Source of the DNA: Nitrospinaceae bacterium
Lineage (GTDB): Bacteria > Nitrospinota > Nitrospinia > Nitrospinales > Nitrospinaceae
Assembly (NCBI GenBank): GCA_965237905.1
Contig: OZ250172.1
Location: 1,696,001-1,760,000 of the forward strand
DNA: 64,000 nt
Reading direction: 5' to 3'
The position numbers and the translations under genes are program-made. The notes below the pieces were generated by a model. That model did no database searches, was not told where the DNA came from, and saw only the letters and a list, made by a program, of their open reading frames with translations. The first letter of the stretch is position 1. Each line of letters opens with the position of its first letter. This document shows positions 19,373 to 32,724 of this stretch, piece by piece.

Positions 19373-20659
19373 TCACTGACTTAATGCAATATGATCTTGG
19401 CCGTCGAGGTAGGGTTGCAGGGGTTCGGGGATACGGATACTGCCGTCGGCCTGTTGGTAGTTTTCGAGCACGGCGACGAACAGTCGGCCGGCCGCCAATC
19501 CGGACCCGTTCAATGTGTGCACCAATTCCGGTTTGCCGCCGTCTTTGCTTTTATACCGGATCATCGCGCGGCGAGCCTGGTAGTCGGTGAAATTACTGCA
19601 TGAAGAAATTTCCCGATACGTGTTCTGGCTGGGGAGCCAGACTTCGAGATCATACGTTTTGGCGGCGGAGAACCCGAGGTCGCCGGTACATAAATTGACC
19701 ACGCGGTAATGCAGGTTCAACTTTTGCAGAATCGACTCGGCATCGGTCACCAGTTTTTCCAATTCCTCATATGAATGTTCCGGTTTCACGAATTTGACCA
19801 GCTCCACTTTGTCGAATTGATGCTGGCGGATGATGCCCTGCGTGTCTTTGCCGTAAGATCCTGCCTCACGGCGGAAACAAAGCGTGTAGGCGGCGTACTT
19901 GACCGGTAACGATTCCTCCGGAAGAATTTCATCGCGGTGGTAATTGGTAACAGGCACTTCCGCAGTGGGGATGAGAAATAATTCATCGTCCTTCAGTTTG
20001 AATAAATCTTCTTCAAATTTGGGGAGCTGTCCGGTTCCCTCCAGGCTGTCTTTGTTGACCAGCACCGGGGGATACATTTCCTCGTATCCATTGTCACGCG
20101 TTTGCATATTGAGCATAAAGTTGATGAGGGCACGGAGCAGGGCGGCGCCCTGTCCTTTAAACACGGCAAACCGCGCGCCGGAGATTTTGGCAGCGCGTTT
20201 CAAATCGAGCAGACCCAGTTCCTCTCCCAGCTCCAGATGATTCTTTGGCTTAAAATCGAATGACGGTTTTTTACCCCATACCCGCACTTCCTGATTCTGA
20301 GATTCGTCCGCTCCGTCGGGAGTGCTTTCGCTGGGCAGGTTGGGAATGTTGAGGAGAATATCGCGGAGCTTCTCTTGCAGAGGTTTTATATCTTCGTCCT
20401 GCTTCTTAAGCGCAATGTTGATCGCTTTGACAAGCTCCATAAGATCGGAAGCAGCTTGACCTTTCTTTTTAAGTTCTCCGATTTGTTCTGAAGCTGACTT
20501 CTTTTCGTATCTTAGGGTCTGGGAACCGTTGAGCTCAACTCTAAGTTTTTCATCAACCTCAAGTAGCCGGTCCAAGTCCTTCAAGGTTCCGGGTCCGCGC
20601 CGGTTCAACTGGCTTTGGACCGCTTTGGCCTGCTCTCTGATGAGTTTGATATCCAGCAT
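19373..20659 (-). CDS. serS: Serine--tRNA ligase
   Basis: [51 protein letters not shown]. Confidence 0.98.
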   Translation of the reverse strand: MLDIKLIREQAKAVQSQLNRRGPGTLKDLDRLLEVDEKLRVELNGSQTLRYEKKSASEQIGELKKKGQAASDLMELVKAINIALKKQDEDIKPLQEKLRDILLNIPNLPSESTPDGADESQNQEVRVWGKKPSFDFKPKNHLELGEELGLLDLKRAAKISGARFAVFKGQGAALLRALINFMLNMQTRDNGYEEMYPPVLVNKDSLEGTGQLPKFEEDLFKLKDDELFLIPTAEVPVTNYHRDEILPEESLPVKYAAYTLCFRREAGSYGKDTQGIIRQHQFDKVELVKFVKPEHSYEELEKLVTDAESILQKLNLHYRVVNLCTGDLGFSAAKTYDLEVWLPSQNTYREISSCSNFTDYQARRAMIRYKSKDGGKPELVHTLNGSGLAAGRLFVAVLENYQQADGSIRIPEPLQPYLDGQDHIALSQ

Positions 20660-21507
20660 CAACTTTTTCTTCGGTAGCGTTTAGGAATTTTGCGTTTGGT
20701 TTTGCCGCCTTTTTTGATGCGTCCCTCGATGCCTTCCAGTTTCATTTTCAACAGCGCGGGGTATTTATAATCGCCTTCCAGGCTTTTGAACCGGTTGTAG
20801 GCCAGTTTCAATTTGCCTTCCTCTTCCAGGCAGGAGGCCATGACAAATTCCATTTCTCCGGAAAAGGTGCTCTTCGGATAAAGCACCCGAAACTGGGAAT
20901 ATTTTCCCCGGGCATCCACACACCGTTCCATGTTGTGAAGAATTTCGGTACTCCTCAGGTAAGCCTCCTCGGACCACGGATTCCTGGGGTAACTTTCCAC
21001 CAGGATATCGAATTCCACGAGAGCCTGTTCATAGTTGTGTTTTTTAAAATAGATGGCGGCGATACGAAACTGCTGCTCGGGGTGTTCTTCGGGCAGTTTG
21101 TATTCGTTGATCAGTTTCTGATACTCGATGATGGCCTGATCGAGATCCCGGAAATTGAGCTCCACAATTTCGGCGATATATTTTTGCGCTCCGTGGGCAA
21201 ACTCGCCGCGCGGACGGATGTTGACCACTTCCTGAAAATAACTGATCGCCTTGGTCGTTTCCCCCAACCCGAAATAATAAATCTCACCCAGCCGGTACAG
21301 GGCTTCCTCGGCATGAGGGCCGGAGGGAGCAATCTCCAAAACGGCGTTAAACAGTTCAATGGCACTGTGATTGCGCCCTTGAACCCATTCCTCATTGGCT
21401 TTTAGCAACAGATTGTCGACTCGGCTATCCCCGCAACCCAGCATTGTCAGGAGGAGAATGTATATTGCGATGTGATAAACGATTCGGAATCTGAGTTTCA
21501 AGAACAT
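20659..21507 (-). CDS. TPR lipoprotein (BamD/CpoB-like)
   Basis: Lipobox MLGC; multiple TPR helices ([26 protein letters not shown]). Confidence 0.75.
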   Translation of the reverse strand: MFLKLRFRIVYHIAIYILLLTMLGCGDSRVDNLLLKANEEWVQGRNHSAIELFNAVLEIAPSGPHAEEALYRLGEIYYFGLGETTKAISYFQEVVNIRPRGEFAHGAQKYIAEIVELNFRDLDQAIIEYQKLINEYKLPEEHPEQQFRIAAIYFKKHNYEQALVEFDILVESYPRNPWSEEAYLRSTEILHNMERCVDARGKYSQFRVLYPKSTFSGEMEFVMASCLEEEGKLKLAYNRFKSLEGDYKYPALLKMKLEGIEGRIKKGGKTKRKIPKRYRRKS

Positions 21508-21520
21508 CTTCCTAGAGTGA

Positions 21521-21768
21521 TTTAAAACCGCTCGATCAATCGAGCAATTACGAAATAGGGAAAGGGTCATCAACCACCCCCAGCCCCTCCTTTAAAAGGA
21601 GGGGAGAGGTTCAATTGTGCTCAACGATCATTGTTTGCTGTCAACCGCCAACCAACTCCCCCTCCGGGGAGGCGGCGGCGAATCGCCGCAGATAAGCTAA
21701 ACCTTTAATTGCGCCCAACTATTCCCTCTGGGCGGTGACTGTCAGCCAGTTCCCCCTCTGGGGAAGAG
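21521..21768. repeat. Composite repeats between gyrA and TPR gene
   Basis: Inverted copy of parts of 8490-8580, then two main-family copies ending ccccctctggggaagag at the gyrA stop. Confidence 0.8.
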
Positions 21769-24186
21769 TTATTCAACAAACTTTTCTACGCCGACCACCC
21801 GGGTGTCTTCTTGCATGCGCGCGAGGCGAACCCCCTGAGTGTTCCTGCCAATCACAGATATTTCCTTGACCGCCATGCGAATGATGTTGCCTGTGGAGGT
21901 GACCATCAACAGCTCATCTTCCTCCGTCACCCGTTCGATGCCGACCACATGCCCGATCTTTTCGTTGCACCGAATGGTGATCACCCCCGTCCCTCCGCGG
22001 CCTTGCAACGGATATTCCTCAAGTGAGGTGCGCTTGCCATAACCGTTCGCGGTCACAGTGAGGATCGTATTACCGGATTCCACGATTTCGGCGCCGACCA
22101 CCCGGTCTTCCCCCTTGAACCGGATACCCTGCACCCCGCGGCCCGTACGGCCGATGGCCCGGACATCGGTTTCCTTGAACCGGATTGCCATGCCCGACTG
22201 CGTGGCCAGCAGGATATCCTGTTTGCCGTCGCTGATATTCGCGGAAATCACCTGATCGTCCTCGTCGAGTGTCAGGCCGATGATGCCCCCCTGACGGGCC
22301 TTGCTGTATGCCATCAACGATGTTTTCTTGACGACCCCTTTTTCGGTGGCGCAGAGGACATACTTGTTTTCTTCAAAGGTTTTAACGGAGAGAATGCTGG
22401 CGATTTTTTCATTGGGCTTCAACGCCAGCAGGTTGGCGATGGATTTGCCTTTGGCGGTACGTCCCGCTTCCGGAATGTTGTACACCTTCAACCATTGCAC
22501 TTTGCCGAGGCTGGTGAAAATAAGCAGGGTATCGAGACTGGAGGCGACGAACAACTGGTGGACGACATCCTCCTCCACCACGCCCATGCCTTTGATGCCC
22601 TTGCCGCCCCGCCGTTGGGCGCGATAGTTGCCGGTACTCTGGCGCTTAATGTACCCGCCGCGCGAATAGGTGACCACCATGTCTTCGTCGGCGATCATGT
22701 CTTCGATATCGATTTCCGCTTCTTCCGTTTCGACAATTTCGGTCCTGCGGTCATCACCGTATTTATCTTTGATGGCCGTCAACTCGTCGCGGATGATCTT
22801 CATCTTGACGTCTTCATTGGCGAGAATGTTTTCCAGTCCTTTGATTTCTTTTCGGATCGCTTCCAGGTCGTCGAGAATTTTCTGCCGTTCCAGACCGGTG
22901 AGTCTCTGCAAGCGCATTTCCAGAATGGCTTTCGCCTGGATTTCGGACAACTCGAACTGGCTCATCAACCCGTCGCGTGCTTCTGCCGGGTCTTTCGCGT
23001 TGCGGATCAATTGCACCACCTCGTCCAGATGGTCGAGGGCGATGGTGAGACCTTCCAGAATATGTTCGCGTTCGCGCGCTTTTCTGAGGTCGAACTCGGT
23101 GCGCCGTGTGACGACCTCCCGCCGGAACAACACGAACTGGTGCAGGACGTCTTTCAGGTTCAGCACCTTCGGCTGGCGGCCGACCACAGCCAGCATGATG
23201 ATCCCAAAGGTTTCCTGCATCTGGGTATTTTTATACAAGGTGTTGATCATGACCTGCGAGTTGATGCTCTTCTTGAGCTCGATCACCACGCGGATGCCAT
23301 CGCGGTCCGATTCATCCCGAAGATCGCTGATCCCGTCCAGTTTTTTGTCACGGTGCATCTGGGCAATCTGTTTCACCAGCCGGGCTTTGTTCACCTGAAA
23401 CGGCAGTTCCCGCACGATGATAGATTCCCGATCGCCTTTTGGATTGGTTTCTATTTCCACTCGGGCCCGCACTTTGATCTGGCCCCTGCCCCGGTGGTAA
23501 GCCGCGCGCAGACCCGCCGTTCCGTACACCAGACCGCTCGTCGGGAAATCCGGGCCGGGTACCAATTTGATGAGATCGTCAATCACGCAGTCAGGGTGGT
23601 CGATCAAATGGATAGTGGCGGCAACGATTTCCCGAAGGTTGTGCGGAGGAATGTTGGTCGCCATGCCCACGGCAATACCGGACGAACCGTTGACCAACAG
23701 CTGAGGAAATGCCGCGGGCAATACCGTGGGTTCTTCGAGCGATTCATCGTAGTTGGGAGTGAAGCTCACCGTGTCTTTTCCCAGATCCTCGAGAAGATTC
23801 TGGGTGATCTGCGCCATGCGCACTTCGGTGTAACGCATCGCGGCGGCGGTATCGCCATCGACCGAACCGAAGTTGCCCTTACCATCGACCAGGGGATAAC
23901 GCAGGGAAAAACTCTGAGCCATACGGACCAGTGCATCGTAGACGGCGGTATCGCCGTGCGGGTGAAATTTACCCAACACTTCACCGACGATGGCGGCGGA
24001 CTTTTTGCGCGGCCGGTTGACGACATTGTTCTGCCCATGCATCGCGTATAAAATTCTGCGGTGCACCGGCTTGAGGCCGTCACGCACATCGGGCAGGGCA
24101 CGCCCGATGATGACGCTCATCGCGTAATCGAGATACGAACTGCGCATCTCGTCTTCGATATTGATCAACTCAATGGAATCTGCCAT
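21769..24186 (-). CDS. gyrA: DNA gyrase subunit A
   Basis: [28 protein letters not shown], GyrA-box QRRGGKG. Confidence 0.98.
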   Translation of the reverse strand: MADSIELINIEDEMRSSYLDYAMSVIIGRALPDVRDGLKPVHRRILYAMHGQNNVVNRPRKKSAAIVGEVLGKFHPHGDTAVYDALVRMAQSFSLRYPLVDGKGNFGSVDGDTAAAMRYTEVRMAQITQNLLEDLGKDTVSFTPNYDESLEEPTVLPAAFPQLLVNGSSGIAVGMATNIPPHNLREIVAATIHLIDHPDCVIDDLIKLVPGPDFPTSGLVYGTAGLRAAYHRGRGQIKVRARVEIETNPKGDRESIIVRELPFQVNKARLVKQIAQMHRDKKLDGISDLRDESDRDGIRVVIELKKSINSQVMINTLYKNTQMQETFGIIMLAVVGRQPKVLNLKDVLHQFVLFRREVVTRRTEFDLRKAREREHILEGLTIALDHLDEVVQLIRNAKDPAEARDGLMSQFELSEIQAKAILEMRLQRLTGLERQKILDDLEAIRKEIKGLENILANEDVKMKIIRDELTAIKDKYGDDRRTEIVETEEAEIDIEDMIADEDMVVTYSRGGYIKRQSTGNYRAQRRGGKGIKGMGVVEEDVVHQLFVASSLDTLLIFTSLGKVQWLKVYNIPEAGRTAKGKSIANLLALKPNEKIASILSVKTFEENKYVLCATEKGVVKKTSLMAYSKARQGGIIGLTLDEDDQVISANISDGKQDILLATQSGMAIRFKETDVRAIGRTGRGVQGIRFKGEDRVVGAEIVESGNTILTVTANGYGKRTSLEEYPLQGRGGTGVITIRCNEKIGHVVGIERVTEEDELLMVTSTGNIIRMAVKEISVIGRNTQGVRLARMQEDTRVVGVEKFVE

Positions 24187-24213
24187 AGCCTTCTACATTG
24201 GGGGGCGTAACAA

Positions 24214-26817
<2,604 letters not shown>

Positions 26818-26819
26818 CT

Positions 26820-27050
26820 AATCCAAACAAGTAAAATTTAAGAGTATAAATCTAGTAGTAGTAGTAGGGACTGTGTAAATGGGGGAAACCCGGCTAACTT
26901 ATGTATTATAAATATAACTATTAATGAACAAAAACCTCAGTTTCCGGCTTTCTCCGTGGACGGATGGGGATAGTTTTTAGCCGAAATTATTATACCTTAA
27001 TTTCGATGTTTTTATCATAGTTTTTGCACAGCTTTTTTACAGGTTATCCA
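26820..27050. other. oriC: Replication origin oriC (DnaA-box-like sites, DnaA-trios, AT-rich unwinding element)
   Basis: Minus strand tttacacagtccctactactactactagatttatactcttaaatttt: box + GC spacer + five trios (26853-26867) + AT tract; further degenerate boxes (tttgcacag, ttatccatt, tggggatag). Confidence 0.8.
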
Positions 27051-28390
27051 TTTTCAATCAGCTTGATAATCTCCTGAACCTTCTTCCCCATTTCCTTGTT
27101 TTCATTGAGCATACCGGAAACCTTGCGATAGGAGAAAATGACGGTGGTGTGATCTTTGCCGCCAAACTGGCGGCCGATTTCGGGGAGCGATGCCTGGGTA
27201 AATTCGCGACAGATATACATGGCAATCTGACGCGGAATCGAGATGTCCCGGGAGCGCTTTTTGGACTTCAAATCCGCGACTTTTAATTGGAAAAATTGGG
27301 CCACGGTTTTTTGAATATTAGGTATGGTGAAATGGCGATTTTTGTCGACGGTGAAATCCTTTAAAACTTCTTGCGCCAACTCAAGATTAATTTCTCTGCG
27401 GGTGAATGATCCGTAAGCGATGATCCGCAGTAATAAGCCTTCCAGTTCCCGGATATTGGATTTGATATTGTTAGCCAGAAACATAGCCACATCCTGAGGG
27501 ATGGTTTTTTGGTGGATTTCGGCTTTTTGATACAGGATAGCCATTTTCGTTTCCAGGTCCGGCGGCATGATGTCTGCAATCAACCCGCTTTCGAACCGGG
27601 ATCGTAGCCGCTCCTCGATGTTTTGCATATCCTTGGGATAGCGGTCGCTGGAGATGACAATCTGCTTGTGATACTCGTAAAGGGTATTGAAGGTGTAAAA
27701 GAATTCCTCCTGCGTGCGCTCCTTCCCCGCAATAAACTGAATATCATCTACCAGCAGAACGTCCAATGGCCGGTAGCGTTCACGAAACCCCTGCATTCGC
27801 TCTTTTTTAATGGACTCGATTAAATCCACCGTGAAACTTTCTGCGGAGATGTAACGTACCTGGGTCTGTGGATTGGCTTGCACAATGGCATTGCCAATGG
27901 CGTGGAGGAGATGCGTCTTGCCCAACCCGACCGCTCCGTACAAAAACAGGGGATTGTAATTATGGGCCGGGTTCCCGGCCACTGCTTGGCCCGCGGCGTG
28001 AGCGAACTGGTTATTGGGTCCCACCACAAAATTTTCAAAGTTGTATTTCGGATTTAAGAACCCTTTGTTGAACAGAGGGGTAGGTGGGGGTATATCCTTA
28101 ACTTTTTGCGGTTCCTGGACCTCTGTCGATGAGGACGCATTCTTTTTAAAATCACTATTAACCCGGAAGCGCACTGCCAACTTTTTATTGGACACGGTTT
28201 CCAGAGCGTTCTCAATCAGCTCCAGATAGTTTTCCGTCAGGCATTTTTCATAAAAACGGTTGGGCACGGCGATGGTCAAAACGTTTTCATCTTTGGAGCA
28301 GGCATACGTTGGCGTAAACCACGTATTAAAATTTTCAGGAAGAACTTGCTTCTCTATTTCTTCGAGACAGTTGTTCCAAAGAACCTCCAT
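27044..28390 (-). CDS. dnaA: Chromosomal replication initiator DnaA
   Basis: LNPKYNFENFVVG, YNPLFLYGAVGLGKTHLL, DDIQF, GGKDHTTVI; start MEVLW at 28390. Confidence 0.98.
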   Translation of the reverse strand: MEVLWNNCLEEIEKQVLPENFNTWFTPTYACSKDENVLTIAVPNRFYEKCLTENYLELIENALETVSNKKLAVRFRVNSDFKKNASSSTEVQEPQKVKDIPPPTPLFNKGFLNPKYNFENFVVGPNNQFAHAAGQAVAGNPAHNYNPLFLYGAVGLGKTHLLHAIGNAIVQANPQTQVRYISAESFTVDLIESIKKERMQGFRERYRPLDVLLVDDIQFIAGKERTQEEFFYTFNTLYEYHKQIVISSDRYPKDMQNIEERLRSRFESGLIADIMPPDLETKMAILYQKAEIHQKTIPQDVAMFLANNIKSNIRELEGLLLRIIAYGSFTRREINLELAQEVLKDFTVDKNRHFTIPNIQKTVAQFFQLKVADLKSKKRSRDISIPRQIAMYICREFTQASLPEIGRQFGGKDHTTVIFSYRKVSGMLNENKEMGKKVQEIIKLIENG

Positions 28391-28911
28391 ACAGGGCTCC
28401 GAGCACTTGGTTTGAAAATTAAAATATATCAGGTAGGAGGACGGCAATATATAAAACGGGTGGATCGAAATCAACTACAAAAGAAATTTAAAATAGTGTG
28501 GGGGTCCTAAGTAAAGTAATAACATGGTCTTCGCGTTCAAAACTTTTTTAAACTTTATCGCTCGACCTTCCTTCATTTTTTATGCGTGGTGATCACCTTA
28601 TTTTCTGCAAGAGCAACGCATTTAAATCCATGAGTTTATCCCGCCACTCCCTTGCGTTGTTTTGCAACTAACAGAAACCCGCGACACGCGGGCGGCAATT
28701 TCAGGTAGGAATTTGCCTCAGGGTTTTTAACGAAACCTTGCGATTTTAAAAGCGTCGTTGCGAAATCATCGTTGCGGTGCATTGTAATCAACGTTCCAAC
28801 CGGCTTCCGTGCGCAGGAAGCCCAACACCCTTCCTCAAGGGACGGACTGTTCGAAACGGTCCGTCCCAGCCCGCCTTAAACGGTTAACCTAAATTCTAAT
28901 CGGAGAACACC

Positions 28912-29100
28912 ATGCAATGGCTGAAAGGTAAGAAAACCTACATCATCGCCGGCCTGATGGCCTCGGCGTCACTCGTTCACCTCATGTCAGGTGATATGGG
29001 CCTCGCGGAATTCGTCACCAGCGAGCACTTGAGCACTCTTTTGGAAGGCGTGGGCCTGGGGACCCTCCGGGCCGGCGTATCCAGCAATCGTGGTTATTAA
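28912..29100 (+). CDS. Small holin-like membrane protein
   Basis: MQWLKGKKTYII...EGVGLGTLRAG, ggaga RBS; resembles small phage membrane proteins. Confidence 0.5.
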   Translation: MQWLKGKKTYIIAGLMASASLVHLMSGDMGLAEFVTSEHLSTLLEGVGLGTLRAGVSSNRGY

Positions 29101-29434
29101 TTTCGCACTCGCCGCGCTGACTGCGCTTGTTCTGGCCGGGAACCCCGCGTCCTCGTCCGACAAGAACCGAATCCTCGATGCCCGTTGGTCGCTCAATCCC
29201 GCCGGGCAGTTGCAGTTGTGGTTTGATCCTCTACACAACGGACGGGATGAATTTGAGGAGACGTACACGGTGATCCTCAATGACCGCGCACCCAAAATGT
29301 GCGGCGACCCGGATGGCACCGGCCGGCATACCTGGTTCTTCACCGATGCCCTCCTGATCGAAGTGGTGCCGGTGCGTTCACAGGCTACCCCAATCTACCC
29401 CCATCCTCAAAAACGTAAGGAACTCCCGCGATGA
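29090..29434 (+). CDS. Hypothetical exported protein
   Basis: Signal-peptide-like N-terminus; overlaps both neighbours. Confidence 0.55.
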   Translation: MVINFALAALTALVLAGNPASSSDKNRILDARWSLNPAGQLQLWFDPLHNGRDEFEETYTVILNDRAPKMCGDPDGTGRHTWFFTDALLIEVVPVRSQATPIYPHPQKRKELPR

Positions 29435-29937
29435 CTTTGGAAATATTGCGAACAGTTACGCCCTTCATCACCTTGTTGCTGATGATCGGGGTGTGGGTGA
29501 TCGGCTGGCTGGTCAAGCGCCTCATGACCGAAAGCGGTTTGCATTTTGCCGATCTCAAGAAAGAACTGAAGCACAAGATCGATCAGCGTAGCTGGGAGCT
29601 GGAAAAACGCATGGACAAGCTGGAGCGCGACCTCGAAAAACTCGAAGCCTCCCGCCTCGTCGATCAGAAGTATCTGTACGAGCAGTTCGTGCCCAAGGAA
29701 GGGTTTTACCGCACCATCGGCAAAACCGAAAGCTCCATCGGGCGCATCTTCAAACTCATCAACGAACTCAACAAAACGGTCCACCGACTCCCCTCACGGG
29801 GAGGGGGGGGCGAATCGCCGCAGACCAGCGTGACGCTGGACCCAATTTTTGAATTGTGTCCAACGACCGTCGACAGGAGTCAACAGTCAGCGAGCTCCCC
29901 CTCCGGAGAGGAGTCGCCGCCCCCTTCCCATGAATGA
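29431..29937 (+). CDS. Single-TM coiled-coil phage protein; C-terminus derived from the repeat
   Basis: TM then coiled coil; 29787-29925 is a repeat copy read in frame. Confidence 0.6.
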   Translation: MTLEILRTVTPFITLLLMIGVWVIGWLVKRLMTESGLHFADLKKELKHKIDQRSWELEKRMDKLERDLEKLEASRLVDQKYLYEQFVPKEGFYRTIGKTESSIGRIFKLINELNKTVHRLPSRGGGGESPQTSVTLDPIFELCPTTVDRSQQSASSPSGEESPPPSHE

Positions 29938-30418
29938 AGCCCATCACGATGCCTCCCTCCAACAGTTGATGGAGGAAATGGTCGACGCCAAACAGGCCGT
30001 CCAAGCAGTCCTCAAAATTTCGCCGGAAGACATTCAGCTCCACCGCATTCACGGGATGTACACCGGCCATATCCTTGACATCCGCAAAACCATGATGCAG
30101 GAGCAGGCCGTCGACCGCGATCAACTGCTGATCGACACCCTGAAAGGGGTGGTCAATTTCCTGCTCCAGAAAGACGAGGGGGAATCGGCCCAATTCATCG
30201 GCGACAACCTGGAAGAGATAGGAAATAAGGTGAAAGAATTTTGGCAGGATTCAAAAGCATTTCCAAATTGGCCAACGGCTACGACGACATCCGGCAACTC
30301 ATCGCCCGCGCCCTCACGCCCTTCGGCAAAACCACCCCCAAACAAAAAGAGCGGCGCAAAAAACGGGCGCAGAAAGACCTCCGCTTCTTCGCCGAAACCT
30401 ACTTCCCGCATTACCTGA
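29930..30418 (+). CDS. Putative small terminase subunit (DUF1804 C-terminal-like)
   Basis: Directly upstream of TerL; DRDQLLIDTLKGVVNFL...FIGDNLEEIG helical pattern; no N-terminal HTH seen. Confidence 0.4.
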   Translation: MNEAHHDASLQQLMEEMVDAKQAVQAVLKISPEDIQLHRIHGMYTGHILDIRKTMMQEQAVDRDQLLIDTLKGVVNFLLQKDEGESAQFIGDNLEEIGNKVKEFWQDSKAFPNWPTATTTSGNSSPAPSRPSAKPPPNKKSGAKNGRRKTSASSPKPTSRIT

Positions 30419-31851
30419 CGGCCCCGCCGTCGGAAATGCACCTGGAATTTTATAAGCTGTTCCAAACGGCGATTAATTCCGCTGCAAAAATTGGCAGTCC
30501 GGGCTTCCGGACCGCGCAGGCGGCGCCGCGGGGTCATGCCAAATCGACTCTCTCCTCCCTCATCCTTCCGCTGTGGTGCATCATCGGCGAGAAACGCCGT
30601 TTCATCGGACTGGTGTCCGACACCACCGAGCAGGCGGCGGACTTTCTCGAATTTATCAAGGCCGAACTCGACGCCAATGAGCGCCTTCGTGAAGATTTCC
30701 CCGAGGCCTGCGGCGAGGGTAAAGTCTGGAAAGCGGGACAAGCCATCACTCGCAACAACGTCCGCCTCAAATGCTGGGGCAAACGCAAAGCCATGCGCGG
30801 TGCACGGCATGGCAGTGTGCGACCGGATTTGATCGTCTGCGACGACCTCGAAGGCGACGAGAACATCGACTCGCCGCAACAGCGCGCGAAAGACCGCGAA
30901 TGGTTTTTCAAAGCGCTCATGAAAATCGGCAGCCGCAGGACGGTGACGGTCGTCGTCGGTACGATTCTTCATTACGATTCGTTACTGGCGCAATTGTTGA
31001 AACGTCCCGGCTGGACCGGCCACAAATGGCAGGCGATCCAACAATGGTCCGCCTCTCCTTTATGGGAACAATGGGAAGCGGTGTACGTGGCGCGCCAGGA
31101 GGACCAGGCCGACCGATTCTTTAACAAGCATCAAAGGGCGATGCTCGACGGCACCGATGTCCTCTGGCCGGAAGTGGAGGATTATTATTACCTCATGAAA
31201 ATGCGCGTGTCCGATGGCCCGGCCTTCTTCGATTCGGAAAAGCAGAACGAGCCGGTGAATCCCGACGACTGCCTGTTCAGGGAAGAGTGGCTGACCTTTC
31301 TCGATGAAGAGCGCGTGCTCCGCAACCTGGAGTGGAAAACCTATAGCGGGTTTTATTGCGCCGTTGACCCGTCACTCGGCAAGCAGTCGAAGGGCGCCGA
31401 CCCGTCCGCCATCATCGTGGCGGGTGTCGATGCCGAAGGCTATGTCGATGTGCTGGAGGCGGATATCCGGAAACGTCCGCCCGACGCCATCATGGAAGAC
31501 TTGTTAACTCTGCATAAGAAATACCGCTTCACCCTGGCGGGGATCGAGGAGATCCAGTTTCAGGAATTATTTAAGGATTGGGTCATCAAGGAAAGCACGA
31601 AGCGCAAACTCTACCTGCCCGTCGAGGGTATCCGTCCCAACAGCGATAAAGTCCTGCGTATCTCCAAAATGCAGCCGCACATCAAAAACGGCATCATCCG
31701 TTTCCAGCGGAACCAGACGCAGTTGATCGACCAACTGAGATACTTCCCGAAAGCCGACCACGACGACGGACCCGATGCCCTCGAGATGGTCTTCAGCCTC
31801 ATCACCCACCACACCAGCTTCGGCCCGCGAATTCGAAATCTATCCGTTTGA
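30241..31851 (+). CDS. terL: Phage terminase large subunit
   Basis: Walker A APRGHAKST, Walker B LIVCDDLE, GTILHYDS coupling motif, nuclease AVDPS and HDDGPDA. Confidence 0.92.
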   Translation: MAGFKSISKLANGYDDIRQLIARALTPFGKTTPKQKERRKKRAQKDLRFFAETYFPHYLTAPPSEMHLEFYKLFQTAINSAAKIGSPGFRTAQAAPRGHAKSTLSSLILPLWCIIGEKRRFIGLVSDTTEQAADFLEFIKAELDANERLREDFPEACGEGKVWKAGQAITRNNVRLKCWGKRKAMRGARHGSVRPDLIVCDDLEGDENIDSPQQRAKDREWFFKALMKIGSRRTVTVVVGTILHYDSLLAQLLKRPGWTGHKWQAIQQWSASPLWEQWEAVYVARQEDQADRFFNKHQRAMLDGTDVLWPEVEDYYYLMKMRVSDGPAFFDSEKQNEPVNPDDCLFREEWLTFLDEERVLRNLEWKTYSGFYCAVDPSLGKQSKGADPSAIIVAGVDAEGYVDVLEADIRKRPPDAIMEDLLTLHKKYRFTLAGIEEIQFQELFKDWVIKESTKRKLYLPVEGIRPNSDKVLRISKMQPHIKNGIIRFQRNQTQLIDQLRYFPKADHDDGPDALEMVFSLITHHTSFGPRIRNLSV

Positions 31852-31858
31852 AAACCCC

Positions 31859-31893
31859 TTGCCCCTCCCGCTCCCGGGCCTTAACCTGAGAGC
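31859..31893 (+). promoter_or_regulatory. Repeated sigma70-like promoter cassette 1 (leaderless)
   Basis: TTGCCC-17bp-TAACCT-6bp-ATG. Confidence 0.55.
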
Positions 31894-32712
31894 ATGGATC
31901 AAAACCCATCAATCCCTGCGCCTCTACCGGTATTCGAGATTATACGCAACGCCTTGCAGTTTGCCTGGGACAAGCGGGCGCGGATGCTGCGTGCCTTATC
32001 CATTCCAATGGCCGTGATGTTTATTTTGGGCGCCATTCACTATATTGCCGAGATCGTTTCTGAAACCCCCGGTTACCCGCAAAGTGAAATCACCCGGCTT
32101 GACATTAGCCTCTGGCTGATTTCCATTCCCTTTTATGTCCTTTTTGCAATCACCTGTCATCGACTGGTACTCCTTAGAGATAGCGGTATCGCGACTTATG
32201 GCAATCTCACCTGGAGCAAACGGGAAACCCGGTTCTTCTGGTGGGGTGTGTTCATACCTCTGGCCTATATGCTATTGATCATACTGTTTCCTATCGGTTT
32301 TGGACTTTTAATCAGGGTCTTCCCTGATTTTGGAAAATCTCCATCCGATTTGGCCGATTCGTTTTGGTTTAAAATGTTTGGCTATCTATTGTTTCTTCCA
32401 TCCACTTATATAATTGCACGGCTCAGCCTGATCTTCCCGGCAACCGCTGTGGACCGGCAAGTCGATATCAAATGGGCCTGGAATCTGTCGCGCAACAATA
32501 GCTGGCGGCTGACCGTGGTGGTTGGGATTTTGCCCTGGGTCTTCGCTTTCTTTCAAGGCCTGTTTGCAAGGGACAGCGCAACACTGGTGGAGGACTTAAT
32601 TCACCTCATGGTGAGCTTTATCTTTTTGGCCGTGGAGATTGTCGCCCTCTCCTTCTCCTATAAGCATCTGGCGGAACAGGTTGCCCCTCCCGCTTCCGCG
32701 GTCTTACCCTGA
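31894..32712 (+). CDS. Moron: multi-pass membrane protein
   Basis: ~6 TMs; FAITCHRLVLL, ARLSLIFPATAVD...AWNLSRNNSWRL; AT-richer than flanks. Confidence 0.75.
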   Translation: MDQNPSIPAPLPVFEIIRNALQFAWDKRARMLRALSIPMAVMFILGAIHYIAEIVSETPGYPQSEITRLDISLWLISIPFYVLFAITCHRLVLLRDSGIATYGNLTWSKRETRFFWWGVFIPLAYMLLIILFPIGFGLLIRVFPDFGKSPSDLADSFWFKMFGYLLFLPSTYIIARLSLIFPATAVDRQVDIKWAWNLSRNNSWRLTVVVGILPWVFAFFQGLFARDSATLVEDLIHLMVSFIFLAVEIVALSFSYKHLAEQVAPPASAVLP

Positions 32713-32716
32713 AAGG
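32681..32716 (+). promoter_or_regulatory. Repeated promoter cassette 2
   Basis: TTGCCC-18bp-TACCCT; ~35 bp similar to cassette 1. Confidence 0.5.
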
Positions 32717-32724
32717 AATATAAA

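Noticed and set aside
22495..24051. 518-aa ORF antisense to gyrA (and similar antisense ORFs on terL, capsid and LDT)
   Set aside because: Shadow frames of GC3-rich genes with no recognisable motifs.
28391..28474. Extended dnaA N-terminus in the ORF track
   Set aside because: DnaA domain I begins at MEVLW (28390); upstream codons lie in the AT-rich promoter region.
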